Shown: piece after piece, positions 51,546 to 64,000 of the stretch
How the letters are laid out: the number at the start of each line of letters is the position of its first letter
Position numbering within the stretch: position 1 is the first letter of the stretch
Assembly (NCBI RefSeq): GCF_964204645.1
Contig: NC_134026.1
Coordinates: 12,894,050-12,958,049, forward strand
Direction of reading: 5' to 3'
DNA length: 64,000 nucleotides
From: Tubulanus polymorphus
Lineage: Eukaryota; Animalia; Nemertea
Translations under genes and position numbers: made by a program
The notes under the pieces: generated by a model
Seen by the model: only the letters and a program-made list of their open reading frames with translations
What the model was told of the DNA's origin: nothing
Database searches by the model: none

Positions 51546-52965
51546 ACCTTTATCATTTGCATCAAAGATGTTAAATGAAATATAGAAACACCGGCAATTT
51601 TGCAAAATAGCTGAATCATTTCACTACAGGATCTGACCATCACTTAGTACACAGGTAGGGTAAAAGTTTCATTGGTTAGAGGATTGATATGTCATCATTT
51701 GCACAATTATCTTACCTTAGTCTCTCAGTAAGGTCATGTCAGTAAGGTTAAGTTCAGTGTCTAACCCTTTTGAAAATGATATCAAAGACAAATGCTTCCT
51801 AAAGCAACTGCTCTTCTATATAGTAATATATCTTTTTGTTACTCTTAATATTTATCAGGCTACATCATAGCATAATACATCTCACTAGTGGTTTGCCTGC
51901 TATCCCCATAGCACAAAATTACACAGGGGGTTTCAATTTGTTTTTCTTTTCCATTTTTTATCATTTTCAAGTTTTAATTGGTTTTTTTGTTAGTATTGTT
52001 TGTTTCATTACAGTTTTCTTCTTTGTTTGTTCTAAAGTTACCAATATGACTTTCAGTCATTTCATATTTTTCCATACATTATTTCCTGACTGGTAAGCAG
52101 TGGATCATAAAATCACCAACGTGTACTATAATTGGCTATCATCAGATATTCATTTGAAGCAATTTCAGAGTTGTACATGTAATTTAAAGTTCATTGCTTT
52201 ACCAATAATATTTTATTAATCTACTACTAACCAATATATTTTGTCATCAGAAACCTATCATATGGAACTCACAACCCTTTGCTCAATACCATTAAAAACG
52301 CCATAAAAGTTGTCTTTATGTGTGAGGTAATAATCTACACCATTTAGCAGCTCTTAATCTGGGGCCCAAAACAGATAGGTCACAGAAAGAATCAAAATTA
52401 ACCTATACTATATTAATAGAATATATATATGTATAGCTCTCTCTTATAGATGCGAACCTTCATTAATGATATCTGGCCTTCATATTGCTATAGTGTAACA
52501 CAAAATACTGTGTTTAAAGTATAACACAACTTCCACCTTATGCTATTCAAAGGTCTCAATTGAACCATGGTTTCGTTATATACCATGGCATCTAATGCAG
52601 ACTTAGACGTACAAGAGGCGTATACAAGCATGCTATCATTAATTGATAACATCGAACAGAAATGTGACATGCAGATTATTCTAGACTGTTTGAGGAGTGC
52701 TATCTTATCTCTTCGGGACAATGGCAACACACAAGCTGAGGCTGGAGTGAGAAGAGCTATTAGACTAATTCATGGGATTTTGAAAGGAATTCAAGTCGAT
52801 ACATCCTTACTCAAACCATTATTGGCCAAATCAAGAAAGCTACAGATGACCATCTGATGTTGAAAAATGATATTAAAAATCGAGAGTCTGAACTGTCCAC
52901 GAAATCCCAAGGTTTAGAAGATGCTCTAATGAAGATACAGGAGAATTAATCTTTCTGGAAAGATG

Positions 52966-54385
52966 GGTCATACTAAACACCGTCAGACACCGTCAGGAAC
53001 CGTCAGACACCGTCAGGAAGACCGTCAGACACCGTCATGAACTCACGGGTTATACTAAACACCGTCAGGAAATAAAAAACAATGATTGTGAATTCTAAAA
53101 TTGAATATTTTATATCAAAATCAACACTCAATGAGCCCTACTGTGCAAATTGAATTTGGAAATACATTTTTTTATATGACACGAGTTTTCCTTGGTAAAC
53201 TCAACAATACGTTGTGCAAATTGAGCAAATTTTGTGAAATAAATCTTTTCGTAATATATCGTAGTTTTTAGTTTCTTACGTAGTTTGAGTTAAACTTTTT
53301 TTCCGATTTTGTTTCTAAATCTAACATTCACTTTATTTTGCCAAATTGTTATTACTTCGAAATGACAACAAAGTGACTGATTAATAAATTGCAAACTGGG
53401 TCTGTTCCATGTTCCATGTTTTTGTTCCTACGCAGATAGAGAAACGTGTTCCTTTAAACTGGACTAATAATAATTGCGAAAGTATGAACAATCTCATAAA
53501 ACTATCGACGAATTGGAAAATTTTGAAAATTCCTGATCTCATTGAGCGCCTGAATAGTATAGTAGGATGCGATCATGAATACATTTTTCAGTGCAAAATC
53601 AAAAACAAAATCGATCGAAAAAGTTATCAAGTCCAGTGACGGAAAATTGAATATCCCGAAAACCGCAAAAGTAGCGAAGAAACCAGGGCAATTAAAGCGT
53701 TCAAGAGCGACGAGATCAATTACAATAAAAAAAAAACATAACTTGACACATACATTCTTATTGTCATATCAATTTTCATGGATATTTGTATCAACTAGTA
53801 TATATAAATTTAATTTTCTAGTTAATTTTTCATTTGTTTATTTTGTATAAAATCTTATATTATAATAATCTTATAATATAATTATTCTAAAATAAGATCG
53901 ATTACTTATTGCCTTGATTTCAATGTACATTACAGTTGGAAAAAAGTTGAATAAATTGCGTTTCCTATTCATGTAAATATCAATTTTGTCAGTCATTTAC
54001 CTTGTATAAATTTTTCAAAGTTTCTTTTTTTCATTAGATTATTTTGCCTTTTAAAAGTTGAATAAATGGGCCGCAATAAATTGTTTACCAGGGATTGCGT
54101 TTCCTATTCATGTAAATATCAATTTTGTCAGTCATTTACCCTGTGGAGTGTATTTGTATATTGTTATTTTCAATTTTGCCTTTATTTTAATTTCGGCGTA
54201 CTCTTAATGTATAAGCTTGAGTTGATTTCTCAAATTGTGAATAAACAACATTTTAGTATTTTCAAGAGTCGTTTCAAATTTACTTTCCTTTTCTGCCTTC
54301 AAGATTCACTCTTGATGACGGTGTCTGACGGTTTCTGGCGGTTCCTGACTGTGCCTGACGGCTCCTGACGGTGTTTAGTATGACC
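52966..54385 (+). mobile_element. Non-autonomous MULE derivative with transposase remnant
   Basis: TIRs GGTCATACTAAACACCGTCAG / CTGACGGTGTTTAGTATGACC with subterminal ACCGTCAG repeats. Internal WTNNNCESMNNLIK (MULE TNNxxES). No clear TSD. Confidence 0.75.
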
Positions 54386-54484
54386 GTTCTGTTGGAAACG
54401 AGAGTTTTGTCGATTTCAATGATGATAATGTTGATTCATTCGAAACAAGTACTCCAAAGAAACGTAAAATAGAGTCTGATGAAC

Positions 54485-55140
54485 TGGTTAATGACAATAG
54501 TGAAAGAGATGAAAAGGATCTGAAAGGCAACAAAGGCAACAAAGACAACTAAAAAAATCTTAACATGTATATGGACAATAGAGATAGCATTTTTTATCTT
54601 CATTTAACTCTGAGTATTTTTATGGCTATATTTTTGATATGTCAAAATGACATTTTTGTAATCACAATGCGTAGGTCTAAGCCTTAACATCAAGGCTCTA
54701 TGTCATGATTTGTTTATGACGATAGTAAAGAGATGAAAAAACTGGAATGCAACAAAGACAACTAATCTTAACTCTAACATGTATATAGACAAAGAGCACA
54801 TTAAATGCTTATGTTCATTTATTTCTTTAGTATATTTTTTATGGCTATATTTTTTATATGTACAAATGACACATGTGTAGGCCTAGGCCTTAACAACAGG
54901 GCTCTATGTCATGATTTGTTAATGGCAATAGTGAAAGAGATTTAAAGGAACTGAAAGGCAGCAAGGACAACTCATTACTAACATGAATATAGACAAAGAG
55001 CAAAAATGCTTATCTTCATTTATTTCTTGAGTGTATTTTTATGGCTAGGCCTATATCTTTTCTTTGTTGAAACGATATCTTTAGTAGTAATAATGAGTAG
55101 GCCTTACTAGGCCTTCACATCGGGCTGTGTGTCATGATTG
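54485..55140. repeat. Three diverged tandem units of ~205-225 bp
   Basis: Repeated ATGACAATAGTGAAAGAGAT..CAAAGACAACT..TAGGCCT..TGTCATGATT at ~54490, 54715 and 54920. Confidence 0.75.
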
Positions 55141-56448
55141 ATAATTTTACTGAAAAAAAGAAGAAAAGAAAGAAAAAAATGCAAAACAATAATATAGAAA
55201 TAAATTGCACTTTTAGATATTTTTTTACTTTAACCTTGAGATAGGTAAGAAACTTTTCTTTTTAATACATCAGTGCACAACATAAGCACCGTCATATCAT
55301 ACTATAACAGCACTTTCCATTGACCTTATTATATTCATAATGTTCATTAATTCTCTTCTAGGACAATTCACTTTACTCATATCAGCCAAACATCATTTAC
55401 ATGTATATAGCTGTAAGTCTTACTCCATTTTCCATAAGAATCCTCAAAGTATACTCCTAGATATGATACCCAAAAAAATGAATATTGTCAGTTTCCAATT
55501 TTCTTTCATACCAAAAGAGTGTTTACGGTATGTCATATAATAATATGGACAATTTCAGATGCATTGTATTGTCCCTTATACCAAAAGTTATTTTTAACCA
55601 GTTTATTAATGCAATGCAAATCATAAGACTTAGATGCAATGCAAAAAATAAGATGTTTAATTTTAAATGGCTTTTTACCAGTGATATGACTGAGTTAACA
55701 CATGTAGTGTACCGTTGAACTCCTAGTTGATCTCATTCATGACATGTTTGAACGGAGGACTTCAACCCCATCATCTCTCCTTCAACTAACCTCTAACCTA
55801 AGTTACACTAACATGATCAGGGTGATCACGGTGGATATAATAAAATATGACTGCATCTTCATTTTAAATTGAGCATGAAAGGGCGCTACCGGTGATGTTA
55901 AAAAGTCATCAATATGACCAATTTTAGCTGACTTTTGCTACAAAAAGCTTTTGATCAAAATGGGCTACAAATACTGCTTTTAAACTTTGAATAGGGTATT
56001 CTAAAAATTGTTACTACAGCATAATTCACAATTTTTTCAGACCCCAAGTGTTCAATATAGAGACAGAAAACTGTATTATTATTTGAGAAATTAAAATTCA
56101 AAAACTTTATCTCACTTTACATAATTAAATCAAAATACTATGCACTGTCTTATCTTTTCTTAATTAATATTTTAACGTATAAATCACACACCTATTCTCT
56201 TTACTTTCCTTTGCAGAAAAACAACCATGCCTAAAACCAAACAGGCTTCACCTTCTAAAAGACGGAAACTATCAAGAGAGCTAATGATACAGTCATGATG
56301 TTTGTATCACAGAACAGGCGAGTCCTACCTTGATATCAACTCCTCCATTATATGAATCAATTGCAGATCACAATATCCGTGATAAAACGATACGAGTAAA
56401 ATCCCACAATAAATGAATTAAGTGATAAAATGTTTATTAAAACATATA

Positions 56449-56488
56449 AGAAATATTTCGGGTGGTTACTACCACCCTTCTTCAGTCT
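56449..56488 (-). ncRNA. Minimal hammerhead ribozyme motif (pLTR)
   Basis: CTGAAGA, stem II GGGTGGT-AGTA-ACCACCC, then GAAA-TA-TT. Confidence 0.7.
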
Positions 56489-56811
56489 AAAAAGACTTGC
56501 CGAATACAAACACAGTATTAATACATGAAATATGAAATAAGACACGAATCGCTGCACATTAGGTTATGAGGACTAGAGCACTGACATAACTTGAAAGAAG
56601 TTTATTATGGGGGCTGAAACCATTATTGAGGTTGACAGAACGATCGGAATGAGTAGTAATCAAAGCAGATTCAACTATATGTCGTTTAGTGCGACTACTG
56701 TTGGGAAAAATAATATTGGCTCCAGAAAAATCTAAATTGTGTCCGGTAACCAAAGAATGAGAGACTACCCCACTTTCTAATTAATAGTGTTTGTATTCGG
56801 TAAGTCATTTT

Positions 56812-56851
56812 AGACTGAAGAAGGGTGGTAGTAACCACCCGAAATATTTCT
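56812..56851 (+). ncRNA. Minimal hammerhead ribozyme motif (inverted pLTR copy)
   Basis: AGA-CTGAAGA-AGGGTGGTAGTAACCACCC-GAAA-TATT-TCT. Confidence 0.7.
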
Positions 56852-57719
56852 TATATGTTTTAATAAACATTTTATCACTTAATTCATTTATTGTGGGATT
56901 TTACTCCTCCATTATATATTTCATGTTTACAAACAAAAAATTTTCTGTCTTGAAGACACAACCCAAAAGACGTGTCTATACCTCCAATTCTTGAAATAAT
57001 AACTACACACTTAAAGTATTGCAATGCATTCAAGCACTTGTGATGCAATACATTCTAGCACATGTGATGCTCTAACATACCCCAAACCAATCTAGAAATA
57101 CAACAAACATACTACCCAGGCGTACTACAGATAATCATTCACCTTTTCCTACATTGCAGGTTCTTCACAGGCACCTGCGCCTTTTGACTGCATTCAAATT
57201 CCTAAACCTCAACAGGTCTTGCCTGCTAAAACACAAAAACTATCCACAGAGCCAATGTAAGATGTTTGAATTATAACACAGGTAAATTTGTTCTAATTTT
57301 ATCTTGTCTTTATTCTATCTCTTCCTTTGTAACACTATTATTCACATTAAAGTGCCACTACATGAACTTAACACATCATCCTCTGTCTTCAAGAAATAAC
57401 CCAGTGAGACATGATTATCCCAATTATCAACAATTCTTGCGGTGCATCTACTTGATGCACTTATAAATTTACAATTTATAATATCTGCTTATTTTGTATC
57501 AATTGGAACCAGCTCCATTAGTGTGATATAAGTGTCATGTTATCAGCCTATGTCACATTCATGCATCATGTAGGATATAATTGAGGTCACACTTCTAGTC
57601 CATTACAACATGATAATCTTTTGCCCATTACTAGCCTTGTGTATCCGTCCACTTCTGATCTAACTATTTTGGTTTTTTCCATACTACTAGCCATCATCTA
57701 CCTCTTCTTCTTTTACAGA

Positions 57720-60700
57720 TTCTTCACAACTATCAGTGCTTATTCACTCCATCCAAGCAACTCGTCGCCAAGGAGATCCAATTTTTGGACCGACTGCTGG
57801 AAATGAATGTCTCTCCAATTCAGTACTTTTTTTAATTCACTACCACATCTCTCCGTCAGTAACCACACAATTATTTGATGATATTCTGATTGAAGGAAAT
57901 GATTTGCATCAAAGTATAGGAATTAATCGTTACCTGCTGCATACTGAACTTCCATCACGCGTTATACTACATTCTGGACAAACATTTTCCTTACATTTGT
58001 ATGAATCAATAGCTGGCAACACCTACAGTGGCATAATTCAACATGCTCCCTTTTGGAGTTTAAAGGATGCATTGGATATCGCCTAACCTGTAATTACATC
58101 TTACTGACTATGGGGTCAAATCCAGGATAGGCAATATCCATTGTAAAGATGGCTAACAGATATGCACTATTTGACCCTCATGCCAGAGATGTCTTTGGAA
58201 TGCCATCTCACATTGGAAAAGCTACTTGTATGTATAGAACTACGGTGGATGCTATTCTCACTCATATCAATCATCTTGCATTATCACTGTTTCCATCAAG
58301 CCCTGATGTGTGCCAATTTGAATTGACTCCATTGGATATCTCTGAAGCTCCAAAAACATTTTCTGATAGTTCTCTGATCAATAAATATTTCGACGAACAA
58401 TCATCAAAACAAGCTAGACACAAAACAAGAGCACTCTTATGGTCTGCTTCAATGCTGAAACAAGCAAGGGGTGAGAAAGAAACGAAGCACCAGTCTGATC
58501 CTGTAGTGAAACAAACTAGACGCGAGAGAGAAGCTAAGCAACGGTCTGATCCTGTAGTAAAACCAGCAAGACGCGAGAGAGAAGCTAAACAACGGTCTGA
58601 TCCTCTAGTAAAACAAACTAGACGTGAAAGAGAGGCAAAGCAACGATCTGATCCTGTAGTAAAACAAGCAAGACGGGAGAGAGAAGCTAAACAACGGTCT
58701 GATCCTATAGTTAAACAAGCAAGAGGTGATAGAGAAACAAAGCAACGGTCTGATCCTGTAGTTAAACACGCAAGAGGTGATAGAGAAACAAAGCAACGGT
58801 CTGAACCTGTAGTTAAACATGCAAGAGGTAATAGAGAAACAAAGCAACGGTCTGATCCTGTAGTTAAACAAGCAAGAGGTGATAGAGAAACAAAGCAACG
58901 GTCTGATCCTATAGTTAAACAAGCAAGAGGTGATAGAGAAACAAAGCAACGGTCTGATCCTGTGGTGAAACGAGCTAGATGTGTAAGAGAAGCAAAGCAA
59001 CGATCTAATCCAGTAGTAAGACGAGCAACCCGTGAGAGAGAAGCTAAGCAACGGTCTGATCCTCTAGTAAAACAGCAAGACGTGAAAGAGAGGCAAAGCT
59101 ACGATCTGATCCTGTTGTTAAACAAGCAAGACGTGAAAGAGAGGCAAAGCTACGATCTGATCCTGTAGTAAAGCGAGCAAGACGCGAGAGAGAAGCTAAA
59201 CGACGGTCTGATCCTATAGTTAAACAAACAAGAGGTGATAGAGAAACAAAGCAACGGTCTGATCCTGTAGTATAAACAAGCAAGAGGTGATAGAGAAAGA
59301 AAGCAACGGTCTGACCCTGTAGTTCAACTAGCAAGAGGTGATAGAGAAACAAAGCATCGGTCTGATCCTGTAGTTCGTCAAGCAAGAGGTAATAGAGAAA
59401 GAAAGCAACGGTCTGATCCTGTAGTAAAACAAGCAAGACGTGGAAGAGAAACAAAACATCACTCACAACCACATGTAAAAAAAGCACACATGTTTCAACA
59501 ATCAGCTAGGCGAAGACAATTAAATGTACCTCAAAGAGCGAAAATTAAGATTTCTGATAGATTAAATCATCGCGTCATCCGTCAGCTATTGATGATGTCC
59601 TCAAAAGATTTCGAAATAATATCTGTAATTTCCCTGAGTATGTCTGCACATGCTGTCGAAGATTATTGTATAAACTGACTGTCAAGAAAGTGACTAAACA
59701 ACTGCTTATGAAACTACCACCTGATAGTCAATCCAAAGGAATTACAGGCAGAATTTCAACAGATGATACTGAATGGATTTGTTTTACATGTTTACGTTAT
59801 TTGACTAAAGGAGATATCCCGCCACAAGCTAAATGTAACAACATGTCTTTACCTGATATTCCACCAGAACTCAAAGATTTAACGCAACTTGAGCGACGAC
59901 TTCCTTCACAGAGGTATCCGTTTATGAAGTTATTAGCACTACCCAAAGGTAAACAAACTGGTTTAAAAGGCGGTGTTGTCAACATCCCTGTGAATGAAAA
60001 TGCAGTTTGCTACAACTTACCTAAGACCCCACAAGATGCTGGTCTCATTCCACTGAAACTGAAACAAAAAATAGTCTACAAAACGTATGATAAATTTGAA
60101 TTTATTCGCCCTAATAAAGTACTTAAAGCTCTACAATGGCAGAAGAAGAATAATAAGTTGTACCATTCAGTGGGCACAAATTATAATTGGGAACAACAAG
60201 CAGAAAATGAGGATATTGATATGTGGAAGGAATTAACTGGTAAAGAAGAAACGGTTAAGCCAAGAAAACACAATTCCAATAAGAATTATTCAGATGGTTT
60301 GCAGGACATTCATGCTCAGAATAAAATTGTCAACCGAGCAACTGTTAACCACCAAAACCATGATGATGCGGGTAAGAAACTTTCCATGATATGCACAGGA
60401 TTCATGTTGATCATGGAAAATGAAGCAACTGTTAACCCACATAACCATGATGTACCTATGCATCTGCTTGATGATATACAAGTGGTCGATGATCAAAATA
60501 CAAGGAAATACAAACGACTTCATTCATCCAACCCTCAGCTGTTGACTCTGATGATTACTACTTGATCCCATTTCTCAGTTAAGAGGTGTACATTATGAAG
60601 CCTGTTTACAATCTACTGACCCGTCCATAGATGCTGACACCGCTAGAGTTATAACACCAGGGGAAGGGAAAAAGCCAATCAGTCTACTTATGGATGACCA

Positions 60701-61795
60701 CATTAAAGAAATGGCATTTCCAACTGGAGAATTTGGCTGGAAAACTGATAGACTGATAAATTTAACCGTGAAGAAATACTTTCAGCAACGTATTCTAGAT
60801 GAGTCTCAAAGATTCGCAGCTGACATAGAATATATATTTGTTGCACAGACGATAACAGATGGTAAACAAGTTACAGACAGCATCAACATAGCACTACGGA
60901 AATCATTTCTCCAATCTCCTAGTGAATATAGTCACTATACTGCTAGAAACTTCAAGAGTCCGGATAATATCAGAAGTTTTATTGGAAAATATTATGCATA
61001 CCAATTCCTTCAACCCATTCGTGGAACACCTCCATATTGGCAGAAAGTACAGTATAAATTATTATCTAGCATTAAACAATTAGGAATCTTCACCTGGTTT
61101 TTTACATCTGCAGCTGACATGAAATGGCATGACACTATACAAGCCATAGCAAGACAAAGTGGTACTACACTACGCTGAATGTATTGAAGGAATGACTTGG
61201 GATCAAAAATCATTGTGGCTCAGAACTAATCCTGCAACTGCTGTACGTCATTTTGATTACCGTTTTCAATGTTTCATGAAGGATGTTATACTCAGCAATG
61301 CTCATCCCATTGGAGAAGTCAGTGGGATACTTTTTTCGAATCGAGTTCCAACAACGAGGATCACCACATGCTCATGGTGTATTGCGGATAAAAGATGCAC
61401 CAAATCCAGAAAAGGATTCACCGGAAATAATAGCAAAATTCATTAATTCTTATATATCAGCCCAACTTCCAAAAGATGAAGATTCAGAACTCTACACTCT
61501 TGTTTCTTTTCTCCAACGCCATTCACACTCTGCAGCATGTAAGAAGAAAGGTACCCATTGTCGATTCAACTTTCCAAAACCTATTTCAGACAGAACTTTG
61601 GTACTATACCCAGAGGACCTTTCCAATGAAGCCCCAAAACAAACAGCTCTTAGACATAAACATTCGCTTCAAGTGTTGAACATAGTCAAGACCTATCTGT
61701 TGGAAAATGATGTTGACACATTGTCAGTAAGTGATGTCCTATATATTTGTGACCTAAAGAATTCAGATTACTATTCAACATTGAATGATAGACAC
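57720..61795 (+). pseudogene. Degraded Helentron/Helitron2 Rep(-Hel) gene, truncated before the helicase
   Basis: N-terminal QGDPIFG..AGNECLSNS and FDPHARD (herpes tegument-type Cys protease-like); DUF6570-like CFTC..IPPELKDLT.LE..PFMK; IRGTPPYW, FFTSAAD..W, HUH motif RIEFQQRGSPHAH, QRHSHSAAC..CRFNFP. Many frameshifts. Confidence 0.88.
58460..59445 (+). repeat. 51-bp coding tandem repeat (17 aa: KQARREREAKQRSDPVV) in the Helentron ORF
   Basis: About 19 units; variation is concentrated at third codon positions. Confidence 0.92.
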
Positions 61796-62116
61796 TACTC
61801 AGTGATAGTACGGCCTGGGTCAAACTCGAGCGAGTTGCAGATGGTGAACAGCGCACCATACGGCTTGAAATATAATTGTGAACTGATACAGATAAAAATA
61901 GACTGTCGAGGAAAGTCTCTGTCTTATCATCTGGGTCATGGCACCTCACTTCCCACAGGTCGTTATTTCCACAGTTAATTGAGGGTATCAGCTTACATAG
62001 TAAGTGCTAATACATGAAACTATTTCACTCCTTTTTGACTGGGTAGTTGAATCCGAGAACGAGAACAGACTTTGAAACAGATCAACGCAATATATCGGCT
62101 AAATCAAGATACCTTT

Positions 62117-62875
62117 TTGATTTGATTTGATTTGAAAACTTTATTTTTCAAATATAATTTACAGCATAGTGTACAAAGCATAATACAAAATACAGTAAAT
62201 TAGACCTGGAGGGGCCTGTAGAAACTAAGGAATAGTTTGTATAAAACAGGTCCTTCAAAAGAGAAAAGAAAAAAAGAGAAATGCAATAAAGAAAATAATA
62301 TGCTCACAGTCAACCCTTAACACACAAAATGCAATCAAAGTAAACTATGATAACAGCTTGATTAAGATATAATCATTTAATAAGCTAATTATTTTCTGAA
62401 ATATTCCAAAAACAATAATTTTAGTTCGAATAACTGTATGATAAAATCAAGCACAAAGTTGCTTTCTATAATTTCTTAGGAACAGTTTAGAATTTTCCAT
62501 GTTTTTTAGATTTTCACTGATGTTATTCCAAAGTAAAGGGCCGGATACTTTTACTGAAAATTTTCTTCTTAGACTATTGAAAGAAAGTGTTTGTAAATCT
62601 TGACGTCGCCGAGTATTGTGACTGTGGATTTGAAAATTTTGGTTCCAATAATTTTCGAATGATTTCGGTAATTCGGAGTGGACAGATCTGTAGATAAAAG
62701 TACCTAGCTGAAGTTTATTAATATCTTTGAGCTTGAGGATATTAAAAGCTTTGAATATAGGGTCAGTGTGCGCCAAATAATAGGAATTAGAAATTAGCCT
62801 GATAGCTCTTTTTTGCAATACAATTAATGGCTGAAGTTTATTTTCAAAATTTCGTCCCCAAACTAAGTTACAAGT
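62117..62875 (-). mobile_element. 3' end of a non-LTR retrotransposon (CR1/L2-group-like)
   Basis: QKRAIRLISNSYYLAHTDPIFK..HSHNTRR..GPLLWN ORF2 C-terminus, 3' UTR, AATAAA and (TCAAA)n tail. Confidence 0.85.
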
Positions 62876-64000
62876 TTATTTTCATCATCGCAATAAATGT
62901 AATCACAGACATTCGAAATCACAGATATAATTGATAACAATTTAATAGTTAAAATTATATTCAGTTATAAATTTGATACATTCATATTCTCAAATGATTC
63001 ATACATCATTCATATTCTATAAACAATTTCAAGTTATACCACTTTTGAGAAACAGTTTTAAGACTAGTCTTAATGAATTTTTGGTTTTATCAATAAAAAC
63101 CCGATTCAAATCATTTCAAATGATATTCAAGTCTTTTGATCACGTCTTGATAAACAAGTGACAAGTGAAATTTGCAGAATCTACGAATCTACTTCAAATT
63201 TTGAAGAATTTCTACCAATCTTATCAACTGCGGCCACGACAATTAGAATCGCTTTAGGTGACAACTATCTCAGACATTCAGGCCAAGTAAATGAGCCCAA
63301 TATCTTGGCCGCAGACCGTGTATTAATCAACGTTCTCCAATCAGATATCCATACATCCCATTCTAATTAATAATAGGCCTACAATATGTGATTTTCTGTA
63401 TTTTCAATGTAAAATATTTAGTTTGGTCACTCTAACCACATACCAGCGCTTATGTATCATTTAGCTAAAATCATTCAATATTTTGTTTCAAAAATACTAC
63501 AGCATTTGTTTTGCTCCTTGTACAAAGCCATGCCAATGACACCGACCAAACATACACTTGCTACAGACTGGGCACAATTCGGTAGGCTAGATGGGGAACT
63601 AGCAAGCAAGCAAGTATTAGAGATTCCATCCATCAGGAACAAGGCAGTTTAACCTTATTAAGGAATAATTCTATAGTTTATTCTAAGTTTACTTCATCTT
63701 ATTGAGTGACACAAATTAATTACTGATAAGCACTGACTAGAGCTAAACTGTTATATTAATCAAATACTCAAACATGTTGATTATGATTAGGCACATATTT
63801 ACATATTTGATAATATTCTATCCCATTTGATCCAGTAAAACAGTATTTCATCTATTAAGCAAGACAGTAATAGATAGATGAAAATTTCGATGTCAAATGA
63901 AATGTATTAACAGTTCATATATAGAATTTTGATGAGATGATAGCCATACACCCTATCAGTCACTAAAATTCCTTAAAAGCGCATACTAAGCATCAATGTA

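Larger units (their letters stand above)
56354..56902 (-). mobile_element. 5'-truncated Penelope-like element with inverted pLTR
   Basis: GIY-YIG C-terminus HSLVTGHNLDF..KRHIVESALI..VNLNNG. 56393-56514 is inverted at 56787-56906. Flanked by a 15-bp duplication ACTCCTCCATTATAT (56339-56353, 56903-56917). Confidence 0.85.

Noticed and set aside
52567-52950. 96-aa helical ORF as a host gene
   Set aside because: No recognisable domain; it stops prematurely and is cut by a MULE. It may be a TE accessory remnant.
58605-59487. Minus-strand Cys/Phe-rich repeat ORFs
   Set aside because: These are antisense shadows of the 51-bp coding repeat.
63158-63652. Short ORFs at the window end
   Set aside because: No motifs or supporting gene structure.

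Overview
AT-rich eukaryotic DNA, most likely from an invertebrate animal, made almost entirely of nested and fragmented mobile elements; no host gene is recognisable. It contains Helentron-type non-autonomous elements, MULE elements and MITEs, and pieces of a Polinton/Maverick (adintovirus-like) element: capsid, integrase, packaging ATPase and four protein-primed PolB fragments of two paralogous types. It also contains a near-intact Ty3/Gypsy element with a third zinc-finger ORF and a MULE inserted in its 5' LTR, a second degraded Gypsy, telomere-like satellite, a Penelope fragment with hammerhead motifs, a degraded Helentron and a LINE 3' end. The main find is a ~355-aa LAGLIDADG homing-endonuclease intein inserted in catalytic motif C (YFD|TD) of the Polinton pPolB. 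It is present in two copies with different lesions and, from memory, resembles Mimiviridae PolB inteins. All assignments come from motif recognition by eye; no database search was run.
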